A stretch of 64,000 nucleotides of DNA from Escherichia coli (lineage in GTDB: Bacteria > Pseudomonadota > Gammaproteobacteria > Enterobacterales > Enterobacteriaceae): NCBI RefSeq assembly GCF_030384885.1, contig NZ_CP128613.1; one strand, written 5' to 3'. Numbering within the stretch: the first letter of the stretch is position 1; every line of letters starts with the position of its first letter. Position numbers and translations under genes: made by a program. Positions 9,565 to 20,296 of this stretch are shown here, piece by piece. The notes below the pieces were generated by a model. That model had not been told where the DNA came from and did no database searches. It worked only from the letters and a program-made list of their open reading frames with translations.

Positions 9565-10347
9565 ATGCGCACAAGCGACGTTACGCAACTGACGGATCTG
9601 GCGCTGGGGCTGTGGTTTCCCTTCGTGCGCATTATGGCGTTTCTGCGCTATGTGCCGGTGCTGGATAACAGCGCCCTGACTATGCGCGTGCGGATTATTT
9701 TGTCGCTGGCGCTGGCAATCATCATCACGCCGTTGATCCCCCATCCCATTCCGCATGATTTGCTCTCGCTCAACAGTTTGATCCTGACGGTGGAGCAAAT
9801 CTTATGGGGCATGTTATTCGGGCTGATGTTTCAGTTTCTGTTTCTGGCGCTGCAACTCGCCGGGCAAATTCTCTCGTTCAATATGGGGATGAGCATGGCG
9901 GTGATGAACGACCCGAGCAGCGGCGCATCGACCACCGTGCTGGCGGAGCTTATCAACGTCTACGCGATCCTGCTGTTTTTTGCCATGGACGGGCATCTGT
10001 TGCTGGTGAGCGTGTTGTACAAGGGCTTCACCTACTGGCCGATTGGCAACGCGCTGCATCCGCAAACCCTGCGCACCATTGCGCTGGCCTTTAGCTGGGT
10101 GCTGGCGTCCGCATCGCTGCTTGCGCTGCCGACCACTTTTATCATGCTGATTGTGCAGGGCTGCTTTGGCCTGCTCAACCGCATTGCGCCGCCGCTGAAT
10201 CTCTTTTCACTTGGCTTTCCCATCAACATGCTGGCAGGGCTGGTCTGCTTTGCCACCCTGCTCTACAACCTGCCGGATCACTATCTGCATATGGCGAATT
10301 TTGTGTTGCAGCAGCTCGACGCGCTGAAAGGTCACTATGGCGGATAG
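9565..10347 (+). CDS. lfiR: flagellar export apparatus protein FliR-like
   Basis: ORF 9514..10347 trimmed to the ATG just after the fliQ stop (260 aa); polytopic membrane protein. Confidence 0.85.
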   Translation: MRTSDVTQLTDLALGLWFPFVRIMAFLRYVPVLDNSALTMRVRIILSLALAIIITPLIPHPIPHDLLSLNSLILTVEQILWGMLFGLMFQFLFLALQLAGQILSFNMGMSMAVMNDPSSGASTTVLAELINVYAILLFFAMDGHLLLVSVLYKGFTYWPIGNALHPQTLRTIALAFSWVLASASLLALPTTFIMLIVQGCFGLLNRIAPPLNLFSLGFPINMLAGLVCFATLLYNLPDHYLHMANFVLQQLDALKGHYGG

Positions 10348-11476
10348 CAGCAGCGAAGAAAAAACAGAGAAACCCTCGGCGCAAAAGCTGCGTAAAGCGC
10401 GTGAAGAGGGACAACTGCCGCGCTCAAAGGATATAGGGCTGGCGGCGAGCCTGTTTGCGGCGTTTGTGGTGATCTCCAGCAGCTTCCCGTGGTATGCCGA
10501 TTTTGTACGCGAGAGTTTTATCAGCGTGCATCAGTACGCGCAGGAGATTAATAACCCGGAGGTGATCGGCCAGTTTCTGCGCCATCACCTGTTAATTCTC
10601 GGCAAGTTTATTCTCACCTTGCTACCGATGCCCGCCGCCGCGCTGCTCTCTTCGCTGGTGCCCGGTGGCTGGCTGTTCTTGCCAAAAAAAATCCTCCCGG
10701 ATTTCAGCAAAATCAGTCCGTTAAAAGGGATTGGGCGGCTGTTCTCCAGTGAACATCTTGCGGAAACAGGCAAGATGACGGCGAAGTCGGTGGTGGTGCT
10801 GGTGATGCTGTGGATTAGCCTGCGCAATAACTTTGCCGCCTTCCTCGGCCTGCAAGCGCTGCCGTTCAAACTGGCGATGAATGAGGGTTTGTCGCTCTAC
10901 GCCAGCGTGATGCGCAACTTTGTCATCCTGTTTATTTTCTTCGCGCTTATCGACGTGCCGCTGGCGAAAGCCCTGTTCACCAAAGGGCTGAAGATGACTA
11001 AGCAGGAGCTGAAAGAAGAGTACAAAAATCAGGAAGGCAAGCCGGAAGTGAAGGCGCGCGTGCGGCGGCTGCAACGGCAACTGGCGATGGGGCAAATTCG
11101 CAAAGTGGTGCCGAAAGCCAACGTGGTGATCACCAACCCGACCCACTACGCCGTGGCGTTGCAGTATGACCAGTCACGCGCCGCCGCGCCGTTTGTGGTG
11201 GCAAAAGGTACCGATGAAATCGCCCTCTATATTCGTCAGGTCGCCACTGAAAATCAGGTGGAAGTGGTCGAGTTCCCGCGACTGGCGCGCTCGGTTTACT
11301 ACACCACCCAGGTGAATCAGCAAATTCCGTTTCAGCTTTACCGGGCCATCGCCCACGTTCTGACCTACGTCCTGCAAATGAAACACTGGCGCGACGGCGC
11401 ACAGCCGCGCCCGGCTCTGAACAGACATATTTCCATTCCCAAAGAGGTGCTTAAACTGGATGGCGAAAACAACTAA
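10337..11476 (+). CDS. lfhB: flagellar export apparatus protein FlhB-like
   Basis: 379 aa, contains the FlhB autocleavage motif NPTHY. Confidence 0.9.
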   Translation: MADSSSEEKTEKPSAQKLRKAREEGQLPRSKDIGLAASLFAAFVVISSSFPWYADFVRESFISVHQYAQEINNPEVIGQFLRHHLLILGKFILTLLPMPAAALLSSLVPGGWLFLPKKILPDFSKISPLKGIGRLFSSEHLAETGKMTAKSVVVLVMLWISLRNNFAAFLGLQALPFKLAMNEGLSLYASVMRNFVILFIFFALIDVPLAKALFTKGLKMTKQELKEEYKNQEGKPEVKARVRRLQRQLAMGQIRKVVPKANVVITNPTHYAVALQYDQSRAAAPFVVAKGTDEIALYIRQVATENQVEVVEFPRLARSVYYTTQVNQQIPFQLYRAIAHVLTYVLQMKHWRDGAQPRPALNRHISIPKEVLKLDGENN

Positions 11477-13553
11477 ATCGTTCCTCGCGCTACTGCGCGG
11501 CGGCAATCTCGGCGTGCCGCTGGTGATCTTGTGTATTCTGGCGATGGTTATTTTGCCGCTGCCGCCTGCGCTGCTGGATATTCTGTTCACCTTCAACATT
11601 GTGCTGGCGGTGATGGTGCTGCTGGTGGCGGTGTCGGCGAAACGTCCGCTGGAATTCAGCCTGTTCCCGACTATTTTGCTGATCACCACCTTAATGCGCC
11701 TGACGCTTAACGTTGCTTCTACGCGCGTGGTGCTGCTGCACGGGCATCTCGGCGCGGGCGCAGCGGGTAAGGTGATTGAGTCGTTTGGTCAGGTGGTGAT
11801 TGGCGGCAACTTTGTCGTCGGTTTCGTGGTGTTTATCATCCTGATGATCATCAACTTTATTGTCGTCACCAAAGGGGCCGAGCGTATTTCCGAGGTTTCT
11901 GCCCGCTTTACCCTAGACGCGATGCCCGGCAAGCAAATGGCGATTGACGCCGATCTTAACGCCGGGTTGATCAACCAGGCGCAGGCGCAGACCCGCCGCA
12001 AAGATGTTGCCAGCGAGGCCGATTTCTACGGCGCGATGGACGGGGCATCGAAGTTTGTGCGCGGGGATGCCATCGCCGGGATGATGATTCTGGCGATCAA
12101 CCTGATTGGCGGCGTTTGTATCGGGATCTTCAAATACAACCTGAGCGCCGATGCCGCCTTCCAGCAGTATGTGCTGATGACCATCGGTGACGGGCTGGTA
12201 GCGCAGATCCCGTCCCTGCTGCTCTCTACCGCGGCAGCGATTATCGTCACCCGCGTCAGCGACAACGGCGATATCGCCCATGACGTGCGCCATCAGTTGC
12301 TGGCAAGCCCGTCGGTGCTCTACACCGCCACCGGGATTATGTTCGTGCTGGCGGTGGTGCCGGGAATGCCGCACTTCCCGTTCCTGATGTTCAGCGCCTT
12401 GCTTGGCTTTACCGGCTGGCGAATGAGCAAACGCCCGCAGGCGGCGGAGGCGGAAGAGAAAAGCCTCGAAACGCTGACCCGCACAATCACTGAAACCAGC
12501 GAGCAACAGGTCAGTTGGGAAACCATTCCGCTGATCGAGCCCATCAGTTTAAGCCTCGGTTACAAGCTGGTGGCGCTGGTGGACAAAGCGCAGGGCAACC
12601 CGCTCACCCAGCGTATTCGCGGCGTGCGGCAGGTGATTTCCGACGGCAACGGCGTGCTGCTGCCGGAGATCCGTATTCGCGAAAACTTCCGCCTCAAGCC
12701 CAGCCAGTACGCCATTTTCATCAACGGCATTAAGGCTGATGAAGCTGATATTCCGGCGGATAAACTGATGGCGTTGCCCTCCAGCGAAACCTACGGCGAG
12801 ATAGACGGCGTGCTGGGGAACGACCCGGCGTACGGGATGCCGGTCACCTGGATTCAGCCCGCGCAGAAGGCGAAGGCGCTGAATATGGGGTATCAGGTGA
12901 TCGACAGCGCCAGCGTGATTGCTACCCATGTTAATAAGATTGTGCGCAGCTATATTCCTGATTTGTTTAACTATGACGACATCACGCAGTTGCATAACCG
13001 TTTGTCGTCAATGGCACCGCGCCTGGCAGAGGATTTGAGTGCGGCGCTGAATTACAGCCAGTTGCTGAAAGTGTACCGGGCACTACTGACCGAAGGCGTT
13101 TCCCTGCGCGATATCGTCACCATCGCCACCGTGCTGGTCGCCAGTAGCACCGTCACCAAAGATCATATTCTGCTGGCGGCCGATGTGCGCCTGGCACTGC
13201 GGCGCAGCATTACCCATCCGTTCGTTCGCAAGCAGGAGCTGACGGTGTATACGCTGAATAATGAGCTGGAAAACCTGCTGTCCAACGTGGTGAATCAGGC
13301 GCAACAGGCTGGCAAAGTGATGCTCGATAGCGTGCCGGTGGACCCGAATATGCTCAACCAGTTCCAGAACACGATGCCGCAGGTGAAAGAGCAGATGAAA
13401 GCGGCAGGGAAAGACCCGGTGCTGCTGGTGCCGCCGCAGTTGCGCCCTTTGCTGGCGCGTTATGCGAGGTTGTTTGCGCCGGGGTTGCATGTGCTGTCGT
13501 ATAACGAAGTGCCGGACGAGCTGGAGTTGAAGATTATGGGGGCGTTGAGTTGA
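11460..13553 (+). CDS. lfhA: flagellar export apparatus protein FlhA-like
   Basis: 697 aa, FlhA/InvA-family N-terminal membrane domain and cytoplasmic domain. Confidence 0.9.
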   Translation: MAKTTKSFLALLRGGNLGVPLVILCILAMVILPLPPALLDILFTFNIVLAVMVLLVAVSAKRPLEFSLFPTILLITTLMRLTLNVASTRVVLLHGHLGAGAAGKVIESFGQVVIGGNFVVGFVVFIILMIINFIVVTKGAERISEVSARFTLDAMPGKQMAIDADLNAGLINQAQAQTRRKDVASEADFYGAMDGASKFVRGDAIAGMMILAINLIGGVCIGIFKYNLSADAAFQQYVLMTIGDGLVAQIPSLLLSTAAAIIVTRVSDNGDIAHDVRHQLLASPSVLYTATGIMFVLAVVPGMPHFPFLMFSALLGFTGWRMSKRPQAAEAEEKSLETLTRTITETSEQQVSWETIPLIEPISLSLGYKLVALVDKAQGNPLTQRIRGVRQVISDGNGVLLPEIRIRENFRLKPSQYAIFINGIKADEADIPADKLMALPSSETYGEIDGVLGNDPAYGMPVTWIQPAQKAKALNMGYQVIDSASVIATHVNKIVRSYIPDLFNYDDITQLHNRLSSMAPRLAEDLSAALNYSQLLKVYRALLTEGVSLRDIVTIATVLVASSTVTKDHILLAADVRLALRRSITHPFVRKQELTVYTLNNELENLLSNVVNQAQQAGKVMLDSVPVDPNMLNQFQNTMPQVKEQMKAAGKDPVLLVPPQLRPLLARYARLFAPGLHVLSYNEVPDELELKIMGALS

Positions 13554-13636
13554 TTGAGGATTCTTTTCCATACTTTGCAGCACCTGACACCATTAATTGA
13601 CGTCACACTGCAAAGAGACTACGATGACACCATACA

Positions 13637-13936
13637 ATGACGTCATGGATTGATAGTATGATTAAGGTCAGCGCGCTAGGCTCTCGTCATAGAAAAACAT
13701 TCGACGATGTAATGACGGAGCCGCCAAAATCTGGAATTAAATGGGATGATGTTGTTGCTCTCATTAAAGCGGTGGGTGGCTCAATAAAAAATAACAACGG
13801 CTCCAGACGAAAATTTCAGATTGGAACGACCAAATTCAGCACACATGAGCCGCATCCAAAGAATGTGATGGATAAAGGCGCAGTAGCAGGTCTTAAGGAG
13901 TGGTTTGTTAACTGTGTAGGGGTAGATTATGAATAA
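13637..13936 (+). CDS. HicA-like toxin candidate (mRNA interferase fold) with N-terminal extension
   Basis: 99 aa; ALIKAVGGSIK..GSRRKF..THEPHPKNVMDKGAVAGLKEW resembles the HicA pattern; overlaps the downstream gene by 8 nt; true start may be an internal Met. Confidence 0.45.
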   Translation: MTSWIDSMIKVSALGSRHRKTFDDVMTEPPKSGIKWDDVVALIKAVGGSIKNNNGSRRKFQIGTTKFSTHEPHPKNVMDKGAVAGLKEWFVNCVGVDYE

Positions 13937-14285
13937 AGCATCGAACATTATCACAATTAAAGGTCAACCAGCCGCAGTGACATTTGAAGCCGATATCAAC
14001 GCATTTCGCGGCAAGTTCCTCAATGTAAACGGTTATTGTGACTTTGTAGCCACAAGTATTGAGGCATTATATCGTGAAGGCGAAAGCGCTCTGGATGAGT
14101 GGATGGCGGATTGTGAAGAGGACGGTATTGCCCCTTTTCGTGAAGAAGAAGAGCAAAAACGCCTGACGCTTCGTGTGCCGCATCACATCGATTCGCGGCT
14201 GACCATCGTCGCCAGACAACATTCCATTTCAAAAAACCAGCTCATTATTGATGTCTTAGAACGTGAGTTTTCAGCCCAGATGTAA
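13929..14285 (+). CDS. HicB-like antitoxin candidate with C-terminal ribbon-helix-helix DNA-binding domain
   Basis: 118 aa; C-terminus KRLTLRVPHHIDSRLTIVARQHSISKNQLIIDVLEREF is RHH/CopG-like; coupled to the upstream small gene. Confidence 0.45.
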   Translation: MNKASNIITIKGQPAAVTFEADINAFRGKFLNVNGYCDFVATSIEALYREGESALDEWMADCEEDGIAPFREEEEQKRLTLRVPHHIDSRLTIVARQHSISKNQLIIDVLEREFSAQM

Positions 14286-14317
14286 ACAGGTCGGATGCCG
14301 CGTGGCATCCGACCTGT
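14286..14317. terminator. perfect 14-bp stem hairpin between convergent genes (bidirectional terminator candidate)
   Basis: ACAGGTCGGATGCC-GCGT-GGCATCCGACCTGT read directly. Confidence 0.4.
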
Positions 14318-14341
14318 TGCCAGTTCGTCAATATTACCCAT

Positions 14342-15100
14342 TTACAAAATCGTCTCTTCCGTCAAAATCCGCCGCGCGCCTAAAAAATGATCATGCCAGA
14401 AAGGTTCAGCTAACCGACTTACCCGAATGGTTTCCCCGGTGCGCGGCGACTCGATAAACTGACCGTCTCCCAGATACACGCCCATATGGTCGGCAATCTC
14501 GCGGCTGTGAATATGGAAAAACAGCAAATCTCCCCGGCGCAGGTCGTTATTTGCCACAATGGTTGCCCGACGGTAGTGATACATCTCATTGGCCGTGCGC
14601 GGGAGTTTCGCCTCGAGGATCTTGTTGTAGGCATAAAAAACCAACCCGCTACAGTCGAAGCCTTGATCGGGTCGCGTGCCGCCCCAGACGTATGGCTTGC
14701 CAAGCTGCTGCTCCAGACGGTGAATCGCCACTTCGGTGATATTATGCAGGTGGTTACTGCTGAGGAAATGATTGTTTTCCGCCAGCGCCTGCCAGCGTCT
14801 GTCACTCGCCTTGAGCGGCGCAGGAAACCATTCTGGATGCTGTTTTATCTGTTCGCGGTTGTGTTGCCGCAGTGCCCTTCTGCTTTCGGCATTGCCTTCC
14901 ACAATATAGCTGGCCTGCTTTTTCAGATGAATTTGGTACTGTTTTAATAAACGCGCACGGTTTTGCATCCGCTGGCGGGCGGCGTAGCTGAAAGAGATAT
15001 GTGATGTGGTGGCGCTGGCGAGTAAAGGGAGCAAAACGCATAACGAAAACACGCCTGGATGCAGAAATCTGCCGAGCAAGAACGAAGACATGAAGGACAT
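14342..15100 (-). CDS. yafL: NlpC/P60-family peptidoglycan endopeptidase
   Basis: 252 aa; NlpC/P60 catalytic region GFDCSGLV; synteny with yafK. Confidence 0.8.
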   Translation of the reverse strand: MSFMSSFLLGRFLHPGVFSLCVLLPLLASATTSHISFSYAARQRMQNRARLLKQYQIHLKKQASYIVEGNAESRRALRQHNREQIKQHPEWFPAPLKASDRRWQALAENNHFLSSNHLHNITEVAIHRLEQQLGKPYVWGGTRPDQGFDCSGLVFYAYNKILEAKLPRTANEMYHYRRATIVANNDLRRGDLLFFHIHSREIADHMGVYLGDGQFIESPRTGETIRVSRLAEPFWHDHFLGARRILTEETIL

Positions 15101-15391
15101 AAACCGGCTGAATGAAGGTGAGAATTTTAAAAGACCGGAGGAGTAAACGGGATTATTAATTGCTTATTTGCATATTACTATTGAGGTTTCATAATCTTAG
15201 GAAATAAATGATACATGCGCTTTTCGGACTAATGAAAACTGCCCTTGTGCTAAATTTGTAAACCCTGCGCCGACAGGCTTGCGTAAAACTCTTTTGGTGA
15301 TAATGTGAGCCTTCCAAATCCAGACTATTCCGATTTGGGATCCATTTTGCCGTCCTGGCGTGTGTAACCGTTTTATCAAGGAATAAGCAGT

Positions 15392-16132
15392 ATGCGTAAA
15401 ATCGCATTAATTCTTGCGATGTTGTTGATCCCGTGCGTTTCGTTTGCCGGTTTGCTGGGCAGCAGTAGCTCGACCACGCCAGTGAGCAAAGAGTATAAGC
15501 AGCAGTTGATGGGATCCCCTGTCTACATCCAGATCTTCAAGGAAGAACGTACGCTCGATCTCTACGTCAAAATGGGCGAGCAATATCAACTGCTCGACAG
15601 CTATAAAATCTGTAAATATTCCGGCGGCTTGGGGCCAAAACAGCGTCAGGGCGATTTCAAAAGCCCGGAAGGGTTTTATAGCGTCCAGCGTAATCAGTTA
15701 AAACCAGACAGCCGTTACTACAAGGCGATTAATATCGGTTTCCCCAATGCCTATGACCGTGCGCATGGTTATGAAGGGAAATACCTGATGATCCACGGCG
15801 ATTGTGTTTCCATCGGCTGCTACGCGATGACCAATCAGGGTATTGATGAGATCTTCCAGTTCGTTACTGGTGCGCTGGTGTTTGGTCAGCCGAGCGTGCA
15901 AGTGAGTATTTACCCGTTCCGCATGACCGACGCCAATATGAAGCGCCATAAATATTCCAACTTTAAGGACTTCTGGGAGCAACTGAAGCCGGGCTACGAC
16001 TACTTTGAGCAAACCCGTAAGCCACCGACCGTTTCTGTGGTCAATGGCCGTTACGTGGTCAGCAAGCCGTTAAGCCACGAAGTTGTGCAACCACAGCTGG
16101 CATCAAACTACACGCTCCCCGAGGCAAAATAA
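15392..16132 (+). CDS. yafK: L,D-transpeptidase-like periplasmic protein
   Basis: 246 aa with signal peptide and YkuD-like region ([12 protein letters not shown]). Confidence 0.85.
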   Translation: MRKIALILAMLLIPCVSFAGLLGSSSSTTPVSKEYKQQLMGSPVYIQIFKEERTLDLYVKMGEQYQLLDSYKICKYSGGLGPKQRQGDFKSPEGFYSVQRNQLKPDSRYYKAINIGFPNAYDRAHGYEGKYLMIHGDCVSIGCYAMTNQGIDEIFQFVTGALVFGQPSVQVSIYPFRMTDANMKRHKYSNFKDFWEQLKPGYDYFEQTRKPPTVSVVNGRYVVSKPLSHEVVQPQLASNYTLPEAK

Positions 16133-16870
16133 GCGCCATTCGCCTGGCATAATCTTTTGCCAGGTTTCATTGCCCGTCAGCGGCTGTGTTGCAATCACCG
16201 TGACCACATCATTCGGTGTGGTCTGCGAGCTGAAGTCGATTTCCACATCCTGATCCAGCAACGTTGCCACGCCAAACGGCGCGCGGCGGGTGATCCAGTG
16301 TAAATTAGTCGAGCAATACGCCATTACATAGCGCCCGTCCGAAAGCAGCATGTTGAAAACGCCCTTCTGCCGCAGTTCATCCGCCAGTGAGGCGATATAT
16401 TTAAATACCGCCGCCATGTTGCCCGGTGTGCGCGGGTAACGCTGCGTTAATTTATGTAGGAGCCAGCAGAAGGCTTTTTCGCTGTCGGTTTCGCCTACCG
16501 GGCGGAAGTTGCCGGTTTCCAGTGATTTGTAGCCCGTCAGTTGTCCGTTATGGGCATAAGTCCAGTTACGCCCCCATAACTCGCGGGTAAATGGGTGAGT
16601 ATTTTCCAGCGCCACCTCGCCCCGATTAGCCTGGCGAATATGAGCCACCACCGAACAGGATTTTATCGGGTAGTCCTGGACAAGTTTGGCGATGGGGGAA
16701 TTAAAGCTGGGTTGTGGATCTTTAAATGTGCGACAGCCTTTACCTTCGTAAAAGGTAATGCCCCAGCCATCTTTATGTGGCCCGGTTCCACCACCACGCT
16801 GTACAAGTCCGGTGAAACTAAAGCAGATATCGGTAGGGACGTTGGCGCTCATCCCGAGCAATTCGCACAT
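16103..16870 (-). CDS. yafJ: class II glutamine amidotransferase-like protein
   Basis: ORF 16103..16885 trimmed to [11 protein letters not shown]; N-terminal Cys after Met is typical of class II GATase. Confidence 0.85.
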   Translation of the reverse strand: MCELLGMSANVPTDICFSFTGLVQRGGGTGPHKDGWGITFYEGKGCRTFKDPQPSFNSPIAKLVQDYPIKSCSVVAHIRQANRGEVALENTHPFTRELWGRNWTYAHNGQLTGYKSLETGNFRPVGETDSEKAFCWLLHKLTQRYPRTPGNMAAVFKYIASLADELRQKGVFNMLLSDGRYVMAYCSTNLHWITRRAPFGVATLLDQDVEIDFSSQTTPNDVVTVIATQPLTGNETWQKIMPGEWRLFCLGERVV

Positions 16871-16958
16871 CGGTAACCTCCACAACAGCGGGAGCGCATG
16901 GCCCCCGGCGAAGATTGATTAAAAAGTAATAAGGTGCAGGCTGTTACCCTCACCCCGG

Positions 16959-16981
16959 CCCTCTCCCTGATAGGGAGAGGG
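16959..16981. terminator. perfect 9-bp hairpin CCCTCTCCC-TGATA-GGGAGAGGG downstream of gmhA (no clear U-tract)
   Basis: Read directly from sequence between gmhA and yafJ. Confidence 0.35.
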
Positions 16982-16991
16982 AGAAAAGCCC

Positions 16992-17570
16992 TTACTTAGC
17001 CATCTCTTTTTCAATTAACTGGATCAGGATATGGATCACTTTAATGTGAATCTCCTGAATGCGGTCGGCATAACCAAAGTGCGGAACGCGAATTTCGATA
17101 TCCGCCGTGCCAGCCATTTTGCCGCCGTCTTTACCGGTCAGGGTGATCACTTTCATCCCCTTCTCACGCGCCGCTGCGATCGCTTTGATCACGTTTGCAG
17201 AGTTACCAGAGGTGGAGATCCCCAGCAGTACATCGCCTTCGCGACCTACCGCTTCAACGTAACGGGAGAAAATATCATTGAAACCGAAATCGTTACCGAC
17301 GCAGGAAATATGACTAACGTCAGAAATGGCAATCGCCGGATAGCCCGGACGGTTTTCACGGTAGCGCCCCGTCAACTCTTCGGCAAAGTGCATGGCGTCG
17401 CAATGGGAACCGCCATTACCGCAGGAAAGCACCTTACCACCGGCTTTAAAGCTATCTGCTAACAGGACCGCCGCGCGCTGAATGGCGTGAATATTGGCGT
17501 CATCTTTTAAAAAGTTAGCCAGCGTTTCCGCCGCTTCGTTCAGTTCGTTACGAATAAGATCCTGGTACAT
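16992..17570 (-). CDS. gmhA: D-sedoheptulose 7-phosphate isomerase
   Basis: ORF 16992..17732 trimmed to [10 protein letters not shown] (192 aa); SIS domain. Confidence 0.9.
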   Translation of the reverse strand: MYQDLIRNELNEAAETLANFLKDDANIHAIQRAAVLLADSFKAGGKVLSCGNGGSHCDAMHFAEELTGRYRENRPGYPAIAISDVSHISCVGNDFGFNDIFSRYVEAVGREGDVLLGISTSGNSANVIKAIAAAREKGMKVITLTGKDGGKMAGTADIEIRVPHFGYADRIQEIHIKVIHILIQLIEKEMAK

Positions 17571-17809
17571 GAGGATATCCTTCAGCATAAATGTAATAGA
17601 CAAAATGCAGTGTACCGGATACCGCCAAAAGCGAGAAGTACGGGCAGGTGCGATGACCAGGACTTTTTGACCTGAAGTGCGGATAAAAACAGCAACAATG
17701 TGAGCTTTGTTGTAATTATATTGTAAACACATTGCTAAATATTTTTACATCCACTACAACCATATCATCACAAGTGGTCAGACCTCCTACAAGTAAGGGG
17801 CTTTTCGTT

Positions 17810-20254
17810 ATGATGATTTTGAGTATTCTCGCTACGGTTGTCCTGCTCGGCGCGTTGTTCTATCACCGCGTGAGCTTATTTATCAGCAGTCTGATTTTGC
17901 TCGCCTGGACAGCCGCCCTCGGCGTCGCTGGTCTGTGGTCGGCGTGGGTACTGGTGCCTCTGGCCATTATCCTCGTGCCATTTAACTTTGCGCCTATGCG
18001 TAAGTCGATGATTTCCGCGCCGGTATTTCGTGGATTCCGTAAGGTGATGCCACCGATGTCACGCACTGAAAAAGAAGCGATTGATGCAGGCACTACCTGG
18101 TGGGAAGGCGACTTGTTCCAGGGTAAGCCGGACTGGAAAAAGCTGCATAACTATCCGCAGCCGCGCCTGACCGCAGAAGAGCAAGCGTTTCTCGACGGCC
18201 CGGTAGAAGAAGCCTGCCGGATGGCGAATGATTTCCAGATTACTCATGAGCTGGCTGATTTGCCGCCGGAGCTGTGGGCGTACCTTAAAGAGCATCGCTT
18301 CTTCGCGATGATCATCAAAAAAGAGTACGGCGGGCTGGAGTTCTCGGCTTATGCCCAATCTCGTGTGCTGCAAAAACTCTCCGGCGTGAGCGGGATCCTG
18401 GCGATTACCGTCGGCGTGCCGAACTCATTAGGCCCGGGCGAGCTGCTGCAACATTACGGCACTGACGAGCAGAAAAATCACTATCTGCCGCGTCTGGCGC
18501 GTGGTCAGGAGCTCCCTTGCTTTGCACTGACCAGCCCGGAAGCGGGTTCCGATGCGGGCGCGATTCCGGATACCGGGATTGTCTGCATGGGCGAGTGGCA
18601 GGGCCAGCAGGTGCTGGGGATGCGACTGACCTGGAACAAACGCTACATTACGCTCGCGCCAATTGCTACCGTGCTTGGGCTGGCGTTTAAACTCTCCGAC
18701 CCGGAAAAACTGCTGGGTGGTGCAGAAGATTTAGGCATTACTTGTGCGCTGATCCCGACCACCACGCCAGGCGTGGAAATTGGTCGTCGCCACTTTCCGC
18801 TGAACGTACCGTTCCAGAACGGACCGACGCGCGGCAAAGATGTCTTCGTACCGATCGACTACATTATCGGCGGACCAAAAATGGCCGGGCAAGGCTGGCG
18901 GATGCTGGTGGAGTGTCTCTCCGTGGGCCGCGGCATCACCCTACCTTCCAACTCAACCGGCGGCGTGAAATCGGTAGCGCTGGCAACGGGCGCGTATGCG
19001 CACATTCGCCGTCAGTTCAAAATCTCTATCGGTAAGATGGAAGGGATTGAAGAGCCGCTGGCGCGTATTGCCGGGAACGCTTATGTAATGGATGCTGCGG
19101 CATCGCTGATTACCTACGGCATTATGCTCGGTGAAAAACCTGCCGTGCTGTCGGCTATCGTTAAGTATCACTGTACCCACCGCGGGCAGCAGTCGATTAT
19201 TGATGCGATGGATATCACCGGGGGCAAAGGCATTATGCTCGGGCAAAGCAACTTCCTGGCCCGTGCTTACCAGGGCGCACCGATTGCCATCACCGTTGAA
19301 GGGGCCAACATTCTGACCCGCAGCATGATGATCTTCGGTCAGGGAGCGATTCGTTGCCATCCGTACGTGCTGGAAGAGATGGAAGCGGCGAAGAACAATG
19401 ACGTTAACGCGTTCGATAAACTGCTATTCAAACATATCGGCCACGTCGGCAGTAACAAAGTTCGCAGCTTCTGGCTGGGCCTGACGCGCGGTTTAACCAG
19501 CAGCACACCAACCGGCGATGCCACTAAACGTTATTATCAGCACCTGAACCGCCTGAGTGCCAACCTCGCCCTGCTTTCTGATGTTTCGATGGCGGTGCTG
19601 GGCGGCAGCCTGAAACGTCGCGAACGCATCTCGGCACGTCTGGGGGATATTTTAAGTCAGCTTTACCTCGCCTCTGCCGTTCTGAAGCGTTATGACGACG
19701 AAGGCCGTAATGAAGCCGACCTGCCGCTGGTGCATTGGGGCGTACAGGATGCGCTGTATCAGGCTGAACAGGCAATGGACGATTTACTGCAAAACTTCCC
19801 GAACCGCGTGGTTGCCGGGCTGCTGAATGTGGTGATCTTCCCGACCGGACGCCATTATCTGGCACCGTCTGACAAACTGGATCATAAAGTGGCGAAGATT
19901 TTACAAGTGCCTAACGCCACCCGTTCACGTATTGGTCGCGGTCAGTACCTGACGCCGAGCGAGCATAACCCGGTTGGTTTACTGGAAGAGGCGCTGGTGG
20001 ATGTGATTGCCGCCGATCCGATTCATCAGCGGATCTGTAAAGAGCTGGGTAAAAACCTGCCATTTACCCGTCTGGATGAACTGGCGCACAACGCGCTGGC
20101 AAAGGGGCTGATTGATAAAGATGAAGCCGCTATTCTGGTGAAAGCTGAAGAGAGTCGTCTGCGCAGTATTAACGTTGATGACTTTGAGCCGGAAGAGCTG
20201 GCGACGAAGCCGGTAAAGTTGCCGGAGAAAGTGCGGAAAGTTGAAGCCGCATAA
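17810..20254 (+). CDS. fadE: acyl-CoA dehydrogenase
   Basis: ORF 17732..20254 trimmed to [11 protein letters not shown] (814 aa); N-terminal TM segments plus acyl-CoA dehydrogenase domains. Confidence 0.9.
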   Translation: MMILSILATVVLLGALFYHRVSLFISSLILLAWTAALGVAGLWSAWVLVPLAIILVPFNFAPMRKSMISAPVFRGFRKVMPPMSRTEKEAIDAGTTWWEGDLFQGKPDWKKLHNYPQPRLTAEEQAFLDGPVEEACRMANDFQITHELADLPPELWAYLKEHRFFAMIIKKEYGGLEFSAYAQSRVLQKLSGVSGILAITVGVPNSLGPGELLQHYGTDEQKNHYLPRLARGQELPCFALTSPEAGSDAGAIPDTGIVCMGEWQGQQVLGMRLTWNKRYITLAPIATVLGLAFKLSDPEKLLGGAEDLGITCALIPTTTPGVEIGRRHFPLNVPFQNGPTRGKDVFVPIDYIIGGPKMAGQGWRMLVECLSVGRGITLPSNSTGGVKSVALATGAYAHIRRQFKISIGKMEGIEEPLARIAGNAYVMDAAASLITYGIMLGEKPAVLSAIVKYHCTHRGQQSIIDAMDITGGKGIMLGQSNFLARAYQGAPIAITVEGANILTRSMMIFGQGAIRCHPYVLEEMEAAKNNDVNAFDKLLFKHIGHVGSNKVRSFWLGLTRGLTSSTPTGDATKRYYQHLNRLSANLALLSDVSMAVLGGSLKRRERISARLGDILSQLYLASAVLKRYDDEGRNEADLPLVHWGVQDALYQAEQAMDDLLQNFPNRVVAGLLNVVIFPTGRHYLAPSDKLDHKVAKILQVPNATRSRIGRGQYLTPSEHNPVGLLEEALVDVIAADPIHQRICKELGKNLPFTRLDELAHNALAKGLIDKDEAAILVKAEESRLRSINVDDFEPEELATKPVKLPEKVRKVEAA

Positions 20255-20262
20255 TTGAATAA

Positions 20263-20286
20263 CGGAGCCGAAAGGCTCCGTTTCAT
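20263..20286 (+). terminator. intrinsic terminator after fadE
   Basis: CGGAGCC-GAAA-GGCTCCG followed by TTTC. Confidence 0.5.
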
Positions 20287-20296
20287 TATCCGCTAA

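Noticed and set aside
15189-15407. 72-aa and 60-aa ORFs in the yafL-yafK intergenic region as possible small toxin or antitoxin genes
   Set aside because: Antisense to the yafK promoter/start, poor composition, no RBS; not similar to DinJ or YafQ.
17732-17809. N-terminal extensions of several tool ORFs (fadE 840 aa, gmhA 246 aa, rnhA 192 aa, proS 590 aa, yaeR 138 aa, intron RT 505 aa)
   Set aside because: Trimmed to internal starts that give the expected protein N-termini and lengths and have plausible ribosome-binding sites; the extensions cross promoters or neighbouring genes.
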